A DNA stretch of 64,000 bases from a virus, in the IMG/VR virus record IMGVR_UViG_3300033182_000538, positions 32,001-96,000 of that record; one strand, written 5' to 3'. The position numbers and the translations under genes were made by a program. Of the stretch, positions 1 through 8,441 are shown piece by piece. The number at the start of each line of letters is the position of its first letter. The first letter of the stretch is position 1. A model generated the notes under the pieces. That model was not told the origin of the DNA. It worked only from the letters and a program-made list of their open reading frames with translations, and did not search any database.

Positions 1-253
1 CACCTGGTGAATTGAGTAGAACATTAATGGTATCTAATTCACCATTAATTTTTTTGAGTAGTCTAACTTTAGATACTATATCAAATGTAAGTCCAGCTTG
101 AATCTCATCTTGAATCAAGATTACATTATCAGTTGTATCAATACCATAGTCAAATTCTCTATAATATCTACGTTGTGTATCATTGCCATCTACTGGCTCA
201 TAGTTTACTTCCATATTACCAGCCGATGTCGTGCTTCCGTATAATTCATCCAT
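1..253 (-). CDS. ClpP-like protease subunit, N-terminal part (runs off window)
   Basis: Manual translation from the ATG at 253 gives MDELYGSTT...DNVILIQDEI...DTINVLLNSPG, matching the ClpP (I/L)NSPGG motif. The catalytic Ser/His lie outside the window. Confidence 0.55.
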   Translation of the reverse strand, partial: MDELYGSTTSAGNMEVNYEPVDGNDTQRRYYREFDYGIDTTDNVILIQDEIQAGLTFDIVSKVRLLKKINGELDTINVLLNSPG

Positions 254-281
254 TATAAACGATATTTTTTTATTTTATTTA

Positions 282-316
282 ACTAAATATACAAAAATTA
301 TTTGAATAATCCAAAC
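282..316 (-). promoter_or_regulatory. Bacteroidota sigmaA-type promoter
   Basis: Minus strand reads TTTG-gattattcaaataatttttg-TATATTTAG upstream of the ClpP-like ORF. Confidence 0.55.
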
Positions 317-1408
317 TTATCTTCGGTATATATGTTTTATTCTTTTTTGAGATTTCTCGCCATATAGTTTTTTGGCTTCATCAGTTGTGGGTATAAACTC
401 TACATCTGACTTTTCAGTTTTTGTTTTTTCAGAAATTTCTGATACTTCTTCCACTTTTTCTTTTGGAGTTTTGCTTCCCTCTTCTCCCACTTCATCTTTA
501 AGTATTGATAGTTGCTCCCCGCTCGAATCAACATTGGGTGTAGGTAACACTTCATCAGTATCGCTGATATCAGTACTCCGAATATTATCTTCAATTCCAT
601 CCTCTTCCTTTTTTGTTAATTTGTTTAGTGCTATTACCATAGCAATCGCTAATGGGTCAAACACAAATACGATTAGTAATGTAAACCAATTTACAATCAC
701 ATTCATTGGTCTACCTGTTATTTGAGACATATATCTCAATGGGCCAATTTCACCCGCTACTTCATTGTTTGATTCTAAATCTAAAATTTGTAAATCTAAC
801 TTAGTTATAGAATCAGTTACAGCTTCCATTTTTATAGAAACTAAATTTCGTTGTTCTTTCATATCATCTAACTGAGCATTCAATACTCTACGAGTTGATG
901 AAGATGTTGTGGTGATAATCTCACCCGTTTCTTTATCTTTGTATTGAATAGTATTGTTAGATAACCCTTTCGTTAACTCTGATATAGATGTGTTTAGTTG
1001 TTCTCTTTCAATCTTATAACCATCTAATGATTCCGAAAACCTATCTTTCTTTAACTCAATTACGTTTATTTGTTTGTCCATAATTCCTAACTGGTCGGCT
1101 GTTTTTTGATATGCCGATGTTAAGAATCCATATATACCTGCGGATGTGATTACCATTAGTACACCAACCGCTATTGTTAGATACCACTTCATCCACCCAG
1201 CCTTTTTCCAATTGTTATGTAGGTATGATGCTACTACCAACTTAGATAACTCTAAAGCCCCAGCCATAATAATCACCTCGAATCTAGCTCCAGCAAAAAG
1301 AGAACTCAATCCGAAGACTGAGTAGTATGCCGCTGAACCAGCCAAGGCGAATGTACTTATAATCATCAAGAAGACAAAACCATTCCTCTTGTTAAAAAAT
1401 TTTTTCAT
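317..1408 (-). CDS. Membrane protein with long coiled-coil loop and acidic tail
   Basis: Three N-terminal hydrophobic helices, a coiled-coil middle, and a fourth TM helix near residue 245. Confidence 0.7.
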   Translation of the reverse strand: MKKFFNKRNGFVFLMIISTFALAGSAAYYSVFGLSSLFAGARFEVIIMAGALELSKLVVASYLHNNWKKAGWMKWYLTIAVGVLMVITSAGIYGFLTSAYQKTADQLGIMDKQINVIELKKDRFSESLDGYKIEREQLNTSISELTKGLSNNTIQYKDKETGEIITTTSSSTRRVLNAQLDDMKEQRNLVSIKMEAVTDSITKLDLQILDLESNNEVAGEIGPLRYMSQITGRPMNVIVNWFTLLIVFVFDPLAIAMVIALNKLTKKEEDGIEDNIRSTDISDTDEVLPTPNVDSSGEQLSILKDEVGEEGSKTPKEKVEEVSEISEKTKTEKSDVEFIPTTDEAKKLYGEKSQKRIKHIYRR

Positions 1409-1541
1409 TTTCTTTCCAAAATATAGTTTTATTAACTTTTAAATCTGTACTTATTATCAAACTACGTTTCGCTAAGCAGCTCAAGCTAATAACTTTTTGA
1501 TACACATAAATATCAAAAAACTTAATAATAAATAATTAAAA

Positions 1542-2471
1542 TCAAGCTTTCCCCATACTATGCCCTTTTGGGTGTTTACCAAAATTGGAAAGATAATCTA
1601 ATACAGTCAGTTCTTTCATCTTAGCCTCGACCTCAATATCGAGAGAATGACCATATGTGTTAATTTCAGAATAGATGTAATCAGAGTGAGCTTGTGGTTT
1701 TACACCCTCTTCTTCTAAGGTACGAGATTCAGAATAGTGTACCAATGGTTTGTAGTCACCCCAAGTTGACATAGCCAACTCAAGTGCCTCTTGTTCACTC
1801 AGTCCACCAGTATTGAACTTATGGTGGTGATAGTCAAAGGTAATCGGAATACCAATTCTCTCGTGTAGATACATAAGGTCTTTGACTGAGTACATACTAG
1901 CCTTGTCATCGTTTTCTACAACCAATCTTGATTGTACTGACTCAGGTAACCTTTCAAAGTTTTTACAAAACCTATCCATAGCGGATTGTTTGTCACCATA
2001 CACACCATTACAATGTATATTGATTGGGTTGTAGTGACTTCTCTCTAACCCCATAAGGTCAAAGTGTTCTCCGTGTATAGATAAGTCTTTGATGGTGTTG
2101 TCTACGACTCTCTGATTGGGAGATACAAGAACATTGAATGGGCCAGGATGTGATGTGATTCTCTGACCATACTTTTTAGCCAAAGTACCTGCTCCCTTGA
2201 GTACGTTACTAAACTTCTCATAGTCTGGCATATCCGACAACTTGAACTCACTAGCCCAAGGAACTAAGTCAGAAGACATACGAAAGAGTTTAAAGCCATT
2301 TCTTTCATTCCATTTGATAATCTCCACAAGGTCTTTTGCGTTTTGTAGAGCAAGGTCTGATGACCTTGTGATACCTTCTTTGAGGAAAGTCTTTTTAATC
2401 ATACTACGATTAGTAGTAATCTTGTCTTTCCGAAGGGTCATATTGATACAGCAATATCCGAGATTTGTCAT
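1542..2471 (-). CDS. uvsE: UV DNA damage repair endonuclease UvsE/UVDE
   Basis: LGYCC start, FRMSSDL, HPGPF, VENDDK, FDYHHH, HYSES, AHSDY and EVEAKMKE motifs. Confidence 0.93.
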   Translation of the reverse strand: MTNLGYCCINMTLRKDKITTNRSMIKKTFLKEGITRSSDLALQNAKDLVEIIKWNERNGFKLFRMSSDLVPWASEFKLSDMPDYEKFSNVLKGAGTLAKKYGQRITSHPGPFNVLVSPNQRVVDNTIKDLSIHGEHFDLMGLERSHYNPINIHCNGVYGDKQSAMDRFCKNFERLPESVQSRLVVENDDKASMYSVKDLMYLHERIGIPITFDYHHHKFNTGGLSEQEALELAMSTWGDYKPLVHYSESRTLEEEGVKPQAHSDYIYSEINTYGHSLDIEVEAKMKELTVLDYLSNFGKHPKGHSMGKA

Positions 2472-2485
2472 ACTTTTTTATTTTA

Positions 2486-2547
2486 CTATATAAAAGTACA
2501 AAAAAAAGGGGACTTATACAAGCCCCCAGTGTTAAATAATTGTTAAA
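2486..2547 (-). promoter_or_regulatory. TTAACA-box promoter element (variant) for uvsE
   Basis: Minus strand TTTAACAattaTTTAACA followed by CTTG...TACTTTTA. Confidence 0.5.
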
Positions 2548-2560
2548 TTTTAAACAAGTA

Positions 2561-2845
2561 CTACGTTACCTTCAATCCGGTTTTAGCAGTTATTCTCCCC
2601 CACAATGCGACTACTTGTCCAACAAAGAACATTACACCAGCAACCACATTGTCAGCTGACTCAACAACATTGTCAGCATTTAAAATTTCATTTGTAGCGC
2701 CTTGGATATCAACATTACCATCTGTCATTGAGAAAACGATAGCTGATACTGATGATATAACTAATCCAATTATAGTTTTGGATTTATACCAAGCTTTTGC
2801 TTCATTAAACTTTTCATTAACAATTCCATCCATAAAAAACTCCAT
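2561..2845 (-). CDS. Small two-TM membrane protein, holin-like
   Basis: KAWYKSKTI followed by two hydrophobic helices and a basic GRITAK end. Confidence 0.5.
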   Translation of the reverse strand: MEFFMDGIVNEKFNEAKAWYKSKTIIGLVISSVSAIVFSMTDGNVDIQGATNEILNADNVVESADNVVAGVMFFVGQVVALWGRITAKTGLKVT

Positions 2846-2970
2846 AGTTTTACGATACGAATATCAGATTAATAAATAATTTCACCGATAAGTAGTTCTA
2901 AAAAATTACCAAAAACATCTTTTTGGATAAAATTATACTATACGAACTAACTTAGATAAAATAGTATATA

Positions 2971-2999
2971 AAAAGGGGGATTCAAAAGAACCCCCCTTA
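2971..2999. terminator. Rho-independent terminator hairpin
   Basis: aaaagggggattc-aaaa-gaacccccctt inverted repeat with a U-tract on the minus strand, after the 3013..3204 ORF. Confidence 0.65.
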
Positions 3000-3012
3000 T
3001 GTTAAGTCCGTT

Positions 3013-3204
3013 TCAAATATCTTCCCACTCGACATCCGTAACTTCTTGGCAAAAATAGAAAAAGCCATCTTTTCGTAATACAATATCAGCGTTCAAGTGG
3101 GATTTCCAGGTAGCGACAATTGGTAAGTGGTCTTCTCTTATTTTCCTTAAAACCAAATAGAGTTTGTCATTAAATGTAACCTTGTCGTACCTAAACCAAT
3201 TCAA
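3013..3204 (-). CDS. Hypothetical protein
   Basis: ORF abutting hsp20 on the coding strand. Confidence 0.55.
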   Translation of the reverse strand: MNWFRYDKVTFNDKLYLVLRKIREDHLPIVATWKSHLNADIVLRKDGFFYFCQEVTDVEWEDI

Positions 3205-3205
3205 C

Positions 3206-3553
3206 TTACTTAACTTTTACTGTAATACTTTTGGATTTACGGTCTTCGTATTTTGGAATTTCAATACTCAACAACCCATCCTTAGCAACAGCACTTGTCT
3301 GATTTAAATCAAAGGCATCGTGGATTTTAAATTTCTTTTCAAACTTTCTATTACCACTTTCACCCTTGATAAGCAAGAATCGGTCTTCTACTTTCACCTC
3401 GATGTCTTTGTTTGACAAACCAGGAACTTCAAATTCCATAGTCAACACATCATCAAGAACTCTAGCGTTAGTAGTTGAAATTCGTTGGTCTTCTAAATCC
3501 CAATTCAAATAGGAATCAAAAACCTTGTTAAATGTAGAATCAAATAGTGTCAT
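3206..3553 (-). CDS. Small heat-shock protein (Hsp20/alpha-crystallin)
   Basis: EVPGLSNKDIEVKVEDRFLLIKGE...A-K-DGLLSIEIPK signature. Confidence 0.9.
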   Translation of the reverse strand: MTLFDSTFNKVFDSYLNWDLEDQRISTTNARVLDDVLTMEFEVPGLSNKDIEVKVEDRFLLIKGESGNRKFEKKFKIHDAFDLNQTSAVAKDGLLSIEIPKYEDRKSKSITVKVK

Positions 3554-3590
3554 ATATTACCCTTTTTAATGTTAATTTGTTATTAAAAGA

Positions 3591-3652
3591 ACAAAAGTAA
3601 TACCAATAGTGTATTTTATTACACTTTGTCAGGTTGTCAGACATTTTGTCAG
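3591..3652 (-). promoter_or_regulatory. Candidate sigma54 (-24/-12) promoter with TGACA-repeat upstream sites
   Basis: Minus strand TGGTATTACTTTTGT fits TGGCAC-N5-TTGC spacing. Three CTGACAA repeats lie upstream. Confidence 0.4.
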
Positions 3653-4044
3653 TTCATTGACACTGGATTACTATGACCAATCAAATTGTAAATCATAACA
3701 TCATCGCCGTTTGAATCTAAGTACTCTAATATAAAACCATCCATCATAAACATTCTAACAGTGTTTTCCAAAACTGTTCTATTAGGACATTTTATAATAA
3801 ATGTTGTGTCATCGATAATCACATCTACGGCTACTTTACGAGATTTCTCTGAATCTTCTAAGTAGGAAATGTCATCCTCATCGAGTTCAAAATCTACCCA
3901 AGGTTCATCTTCATCTAATTCTAATTCACCATACAAGTAGTCGTGAAGATAATAAACTTTAGTAACATCATCTAAATGCATAAAGTAGTTGTATTCAGAC
4001 TCATCCCAATCCATAATATCTCCTTTACTATAAATATTACTCAT
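3649..4044 (-). CDS. Acidic hypothetical protein
   Basis: ORF tiles with its neighbours. Confidence 0.6.
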   Translation of the reverse strand: MSNIYSKGDIMDWDESEYNYFMHLDDVTKVYYLHDYLYGELELDEDEPWVDFELDEDDISYLEDSEKSRKVAVDVIIDDTTFIIKCPNRTVLENTVRMFMMDGFILEYLDSNGDDVMIYNLIGHSNPVSMN

Positions 4045-4390
4045 ACCTAGCTTTCCAAAGATTATTTAAAAAATACAATGCTTCTTTGTTTAAAACACCT
4101 TTATCTGAATTGATAAACTCTTTAAAGATGTCAATGAGGTTTAGTACATATTCAGAAGTATGAACTGTTGTTATCCTTACCAACCTATCGTTAGCGTTGT
4201 CTCTATAAGTTAAATTAGATTCGGATATGGTTTCATCTCGAATGATATTTTTTATGTTGTTCTTAGCTAATGTATAATACGGGTCTTTTTTTTCTACAAT
4301 AACATCCCGTACTGTAATTAGATAATCGGACAAGCCGCTAGACTCATCCGATTTATCAAACATACTAAAAATATCAGTTTTCTCAGACAC
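4037..4390 (-). CDS. Hypothetical protein
   Basis: Overlapping start/stop with neighbours. Confidence 0.6.
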   Translation of the reverse strand: MSEKTDIFSMFDKSDESSGLSDYLITVRDVIVEKKDPYYTLAKNNIKNIIRDETISESNLTYRDNANDRLVRITTVHTSEYVLNLIDIFKEFINSDKGVLNKEALYFLNNLWKARYE

Positions 4391-4676
4391 CTAACCTATA
4401 CTTTTTCCTTGCGGTATCCATCGCTTGGGAAACAGTATGTAAAATACGATTACACTCAGCGTATGTTAACTCAACCTCAATGTTACCTAAATGTAGATAC
4501 CCTATCTTTTGAGGGCCGGATGGGTATTCATCGAAGTCAAAATCTTCGTGCATTTGAAAGTCGATAGTTGGCCATAACTTACCATATCTCTTTTCTTGCT
4601 TCTCCCTAAACTCTTCAGTAATACCGAATGATTGATTTACAAAACCACCTCTGTGTTTTTTGTTGAACTTCTTCAT
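4383..4676 (-). CDS. Hypothetical protein
   Basis: ORF tiles with its neighbours. Confidence 0.6.
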   Translation of the reverse strand: MKKFNKKHRGGFVNQSFGITEEFREKQEKRYGKLWPTIDFQMHEDFDFDEYPSGPQKIGYLHLGNIEVELTYAECNRILHTVSQAMDTARKKYRLGV

Positions 4677-4727
4677 AAACTAAAAATAATTTGTTTCCTA
4701 TAAATAGTTTTTAGAAGATTAATAAAC

Positions 4728-5024
4728 TTACTTTTTTCTATTTCTTCGAGAAACTCTATTAAATTTCTTTTCATCAAAAGACATATCGCTTCTCATTGGG
4801 TGGGTTCTATTTAAATTTTGTTCCAACTGAACAGTTCTTGAAGCCCAATACCAAGCCATAGCAACATCTTTTTGTGGTGGAATCATAAACTCATCACCAA
4901 CCGTTGAACCAAATCCATCGGATATATAAAACTCACCAGATGAATTCATTTGTGTTTTAGCTTGTGGATATTTCTTTAGAACTTTTCTTTTGAAACTTTT
5001 AAACTTTTTAGTATCAATTTGCAT
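4728..5024 (-). CDS. Basic hypothetical protein
   Basis: ORF tiles with its neighbours. Confidence 0.6.
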   Translation of the reverse strand: MQIDTKKFKSFKRKVLKKYPQAKTQMNSSGEFYISDGFGSTVGDEFMIPPQKDVAMAWYWASRTVQLEQNLNRTHPMRSDMSFDEKKFNRVSRRNRKK

Positions 5025-5226
5025 TGTTAAATTGTTTTGTAAGACTTCTACTTATGTGACACGATGAAAGGTCTTTGTTTACCGAACACCTGTCTACTAT
5101 CTTTCCGTTCTCCAAGAGGACTTCATAAATGAGCCCTCTCTTCAAACGAGTCTTCTTTAGCACTTCACCTACTCTGAAAGTACCATTGAGTTTTACTATT
5201 ACTGTATCACCTTTTTGGTATATCAT
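5014..5226 (-). CDS. Small SH3/KOW-like hypothetical protein
   Basis: YQKGDTVIVK...GEV...YEVLLE pattern; ATGA overlap with the upstream gene. Confidence 0.55.
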   Translation of the reverse strand: MIYQKGDTVIVKLNGTFRVGEVLKKTRLKRGLIYEVLLENGKIVDRCSVNKDLSSCHISRSLTKQFNNAN

Positions 5227-5423
5227 TTAATAACACTCACGATTTTAGTTTCGACTACTGCCGTAACTTCGAATTCTAAGTTACTCCCTTCAAAGTCTTT
5301 TACAACCTTTGTCTCAGCATCAGTTACCGATACTGCGTTAACGAGGTACTGCTCAGTTACCTTCTTTACTCTACCTTTGTCATCTTCGTGATGAACTTTT
5401 ACTTTTGCAATATAATATGCCAT
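5223..5423 (-). CDS. DUF4494-like protein (Bacteroidota family)
   Basis: KGRVKKVTEQYLVNAVSVTDAE resembles the DUF4494 KKVTE-YLVDA-SFTEAE pattern. Confidence 0.7.
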   Translation of the reverse strand: MAYYIAKVKVHHEDDKGRVKKVTEQYLVNAVSVTDAETKVVKDFEGSNLEFEVTAVVETKIVSVIK

Positions 5424-5440
5424 AATGTAATAATTAAAAT

Positions 5441-5659
5441 TTAGTTTATATAATTAGTGTCCAGCATTTGATTCAATTCAAATTCTGTAACAAGTTTGTA
5501 CTCTCCATTGGATTCTCCATAATGATAATCCTCAAAAATGGTGTGATAGTATTGAATCCACTTCTCACCATCGTGTTGTTTTCCGGCTGGTATAACTATG
5601 ATTGCATAATTATCACCATTGTCTTGGTATCTCTTACCCTCGAATTCAAATCTCTTCAT
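5441..5659 (-). CDS. Hypothetical protein (start trimmed to MKRFEF)
   Basis: The internal ATG at 5659 avoids a large overlap with 5646..6008. Confidence 0.55.
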   Translation of the reverse strand: MKRFEFEGKRYQDNGDNYAIIVIPAGKQHDGEKWIQYYHTIFEDYHYGESNGEYKLVTEFELNQMLDTNYIN

Positions 5660-6008
5660 TACCCAACATTTTATTAGCGATATCGCCAAGTTCCGTAGTT
5701 TCATATACCAATTCACCTGATTGGTTTACTGACATCTTGATAAGTCCTTTGTCAATCAAATTCATAAGAGCCCTATCCGTTTCAAATATTTGATATTCTT
5801 TGTATGATGATGTCAAAATTTGAGATACGATATCAGCCATATCTTCTTTTGTAATATCATCAACATCAAGATTTGATTTAGAAATATTTGCTTTCAAAAT
5901 ATCTTGAAAGTCTTTGGGAGATTCAATCATATCCCAAACATCAGTACGAGACACATCATCCATTATCATAAGAGATAAAGTCTCAATTTGTTTATTAGTT
6001 AGATTCAT
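5646..6008 (-). CDS. Hypothetical protein
   Basis: ORF tiles with its neighbours; the C-terminus LIDKGLIKMSVNQSGELVYETT resembles a winged helix. Confidence 0.6.
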   Translation of the reverse strand: MNLTNKQIETLSLMIMDDVSRTDVWDMIESPKDFQDILKANISKSNLDVDDITKEDMADIVSQILTSSYKEYQIFETDRALMNLIDKGLIKMSVNQSGELVYETTELGDIANKMLGNEEI

Positions 6009-6180
6009 AGTTCTTTTTTAGTGTCTCCAAAAATTCAAATGAGTCAGTATTACCTACAAGAGCGTCTACCTTCGGCCCATAATATATTTTAAGTACATAC
6101 TCTGCTCCATAATCATACACGAGTTGTTTAAGTTTTTCTTTTGATGGCAAATGTCTTTTGTTAAATCCCATATTAATCAA
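5995..6180 (-). CDS. Hypothetical protein
   Basis: ORF tiles with its neighbours. Confidence 0.55.
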   Translation of the reverse strand: MINMGFNKRHLPSKEKLKQLVYDYGAEYVLKIYYGPKVDALVGNTDSFEFLETLKKNYESN

Positions 6181-6514
6181 ACCACTGTGTTCTATTAGTT
6201 TTTATATTTTTTATACCTTCATCTGAATGTTTAGGGTGATTCTTCTCATACTCAGCTATCGCTTCATTAGCTTTTTGTTCATTCTCCTTACCAACCTTTT
6301 TAGCAAACTCATATTCCTTATCAGTCATATCGTTACCACTCATCTTAGCAGCCATAGCAGCAAATCTTTTTGTGTGATATGAACTCAATGGTTTAGCGAA
6401 TTGTTTTAGATACTCGGTCTTAGAATCTAAGTACTCTAAGAACAACTCAAAGTCTTTTTCAGCCAACTCATCAATCTCTTTATCACTTAATGGGTTATTT
6501 GGGTCGTATTTCAT
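6173..6514 (-). CDS. Hypothetical protein
   Basis: ORF preceded by a sigmaA-like promoter (6519-6550). Confidence 0.6.
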   Translation of the reverse strand: MKYDPNNPLSDKEIDELAEKDFELFLEYLDSKTEYLKQFAKPLSSYHTKRFAAMAAKMSGNDMTDKEYEFAKKVGKENEQKANEAIAEYEKNHPKHSDEGIKNIKTNRTQWFD

Positions 6515-6537
6515 AATTCAAATATACAAAAAAAATA

Positions 6538-6972
6538 TTAAACATCCAAACCTTTTCTACGCATTTTCTCTTGACAATAGTAATCGTAGAGTTCTTCTAA
6601 GTCCATTGGTTTTTCATTCATCATCTTGTCCCAAAGACAAAACCCAAATTCATTAGATAGGTCTTTTTTTAATTTTAACAATATCTTCTGCTCATCTTTG
6701 TAACCTTCTTCATCCAACTTTAGAGCTCTGACATTCTTCATTCTGGCGGTGTGTCTTGCTTCATTCTCATATTGAAAATATCCTTCACCGCCTTTGTACT
6801 TACTCATTATACTTTGGAAGATGGAGGAGTACTCTTTACGAGCCTCCTCCGCTTCCGCGTAATATTGAGAATAATCATAATCCCCATTTTGTATCTTGTC
6901 AAACAAGTGAGCGTTATGGGGCAAACGCTTTTTCTTTCCTTTAGTATACCATCTGAACGGATTGTATCCCAT
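6538..6972 (-). CDS. Hypothetical protein
   Basis: ORF directly downstream of tRNA-Gln. Confidence 0.6.
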   Translation of the reverse strand: MGYNPFRWYTKGKKKRLPHNAHLFDKIQNGDYDYSQYYAEAEEARKEYSSIFQSIMSKYKGGEGYFQYENEARHTARMKNVRALKLDEEGYKDEQKILLKLKKDLSNEFGFCLWDKMMNEKPMDLEELYDYYCQEKMRRKGLDV

Positions 6973-6986
6973 ATTATCTTTTTTAG

Positions 6987-7058
6987 TTACCCGATTAGGA
7001 TTCGAACCTAAAATGACTGGACCAAAACCAGTAGTGTTGCCAATTACACCATCGGGCA
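6987..7058 (-). tRNA. tRNA-Gln (anticodon TTG)
   Basis: TGCCCGA TG GTGT AATTGGC AACAC T ACTGG TT-TTG-GT CCAGT...TTAGG TTCGAAT CCTAA TCGGGTA A cloverleaf. Confidence 0.92.
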
Positions 7059-7071
7059 GTTACTCTAACCC

Positions 7072-8337
7072 TTAAAAAGGATTAGAGATGTCATCAGTTT
7101 CAACGTTGAACAAATCCTCATCTTCAGGTGTTGAACCCAAGAACTTCTGAACGTATTGTTTCATATAAACTCGTTCTGAGTCAGCCCCACCACTTTGGTC
7201 AAACATTGGGTAGATGGTGATTTCAGCAGCCTCTTCAAGAGAGAACCCATCGTAAAGGAGAGACCCAATTTCAACAGCCGAACGGGTTGAAAGGGAGTTT
7301 GACAATCGTGGTGATTCAGACAACAAGTCAGTTCGAGTCATCGAAGTAATCTCAGCAACAGCCTTGAGAGTATCTACTTCTACTGAAGGATACATCATTG
7401 AAAGAAGAGAAGTTTCCTCATCCATAGTCAGAGTATCCATTTCAATGACAGTGAATCGGTCAAGGATAGCTCGGTCAAGAGCTTTGGTAGCGGTGTACTC
7501 ATTACCAATGTTAGCCGATGCGATGAAGGAAACACCTTCAGCAACCTTGACAACAGGCGAGTCAGCCGCCTCATCAAGTCGTAGGTATCGTTGACCTTGG
7601 TCAAGAACCGTCATCAAAATGTTGTGAGCCTCAGGGTGAGCTCGTGTCAACTCATCAAGGACAACCACGGTATTTGGAGTGGAGATTGCCTTGACAAAAG
7701 GACTTGGGTTAAAGACCGTACCCTTCTTGGCCTCAAACTGAGTATTACCAATCAGAGTAGTTCGTGGGTCTTGAGTAGCCCCCAAGTTAATAATGAAGGT
7801 GTTGTAACCCTCAATTGAATTTGCAGCCGCCTTGGCCGCCATAGTCTTACCACAACCGGCAGGACCAGTCATCATAATATTTTTACCTCGAATGATGTTT
7901 CGAATCAAGTACTTCCACTTGAGAGGATTCATAAACAACATTTGTGGTTTAAGACCCGTGGAGTCTTCGTGGATGAACTTGAGAATGTCATCACCCATCT
8001 CAGCCGAAACAACTGGTGGTGGGGGGGTCATCTCATATTTCAAAGCCACCAACCCACCATTAGGTTGGTTGAAGTTACCAACAGGAGTAGGATTCTCTTC
8101 GACCTTCTGAGCCGGAACACGAGTAAACCCAAGTTCACCATCAGACAATCGACCTACTACTCGGATTTTGAATCCGTATTTCTCGGGCTTCTTAGCCGCC
8201 TGGCGGGCCCGAACATAAAGTGAAGTTCCCTCTTCATTGAGTTGAGGAACATTGAACTGAACTCCAGCGGAGTCCTCGAAAAGGAACAAATCATCAACCT
8301 TGACAATCTTTCCAAAAACTGATTTTTGTGCTTTCAT
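7072..8337 (-). CDS. MoxR/CbbQ/CobS-type AAA+ ATPase
   Basis: Walker A GPAGCGKT, Walker B VVVLDELTRA, ASANIG sensor, LDRAILDRF and LSTR motifs. Confidence 0.9.
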   Translation of the reverse strand: MKAQKSVFGKIVKVDDLFLFEDSAGVQFNVPQLNEEGTSLYVRARQAAKKPEKYGFKIRVVGRLSDGELGFTRVPAQKVEENPTPVGNFNQPNGGLVALKYEMTPPPPVVSAEMGDDILKFIHEDSTGLKPQMLFMNPLKWKYLIRNIIRGKNIMMTGPAGCGKTMAAKAAANSIEGYNTFIINLGATQDPRTTLIGNTQFEAKKGTVFNPSPFVKAISTPNTVVVLDELTRAHPEAHNILMTVLDQGQRYLRLDEAADSPVVKVAEGVSFIASANIGNEYTATKALDRAILDRFTVIEMDTLTMDEETSLLSMMYPSVEVDTLKAVAEITSMTRTDLLSESPRLSNSLSTRSAVEIGSLLYDGFSLEEAAEITIYPMFDQSGGADSERVYMKQYVQKFLGSTPEDEDLFNVETDDISNPF

Positions 8338-8377
8338 AGAAAACTGATTTTATTATTATTATCTCTCATTATTACTT

Positions 8378-8441
8378 TACTAAAGTACGAATAATTTTTG
8401 ATACTTCCAAATTTCTAATGTTAAGAAATTGTTAAATCTTT
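8378..8441 (-). repeat. 64-bp TTAACA-box promoter repeat, identical to 10564..10627
   Basis: tactaaagtacgaataatttttgatacttccaaatttctaatgttaagaaattgttaaatcttt occurs at both positions. Confidence 0.9.
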
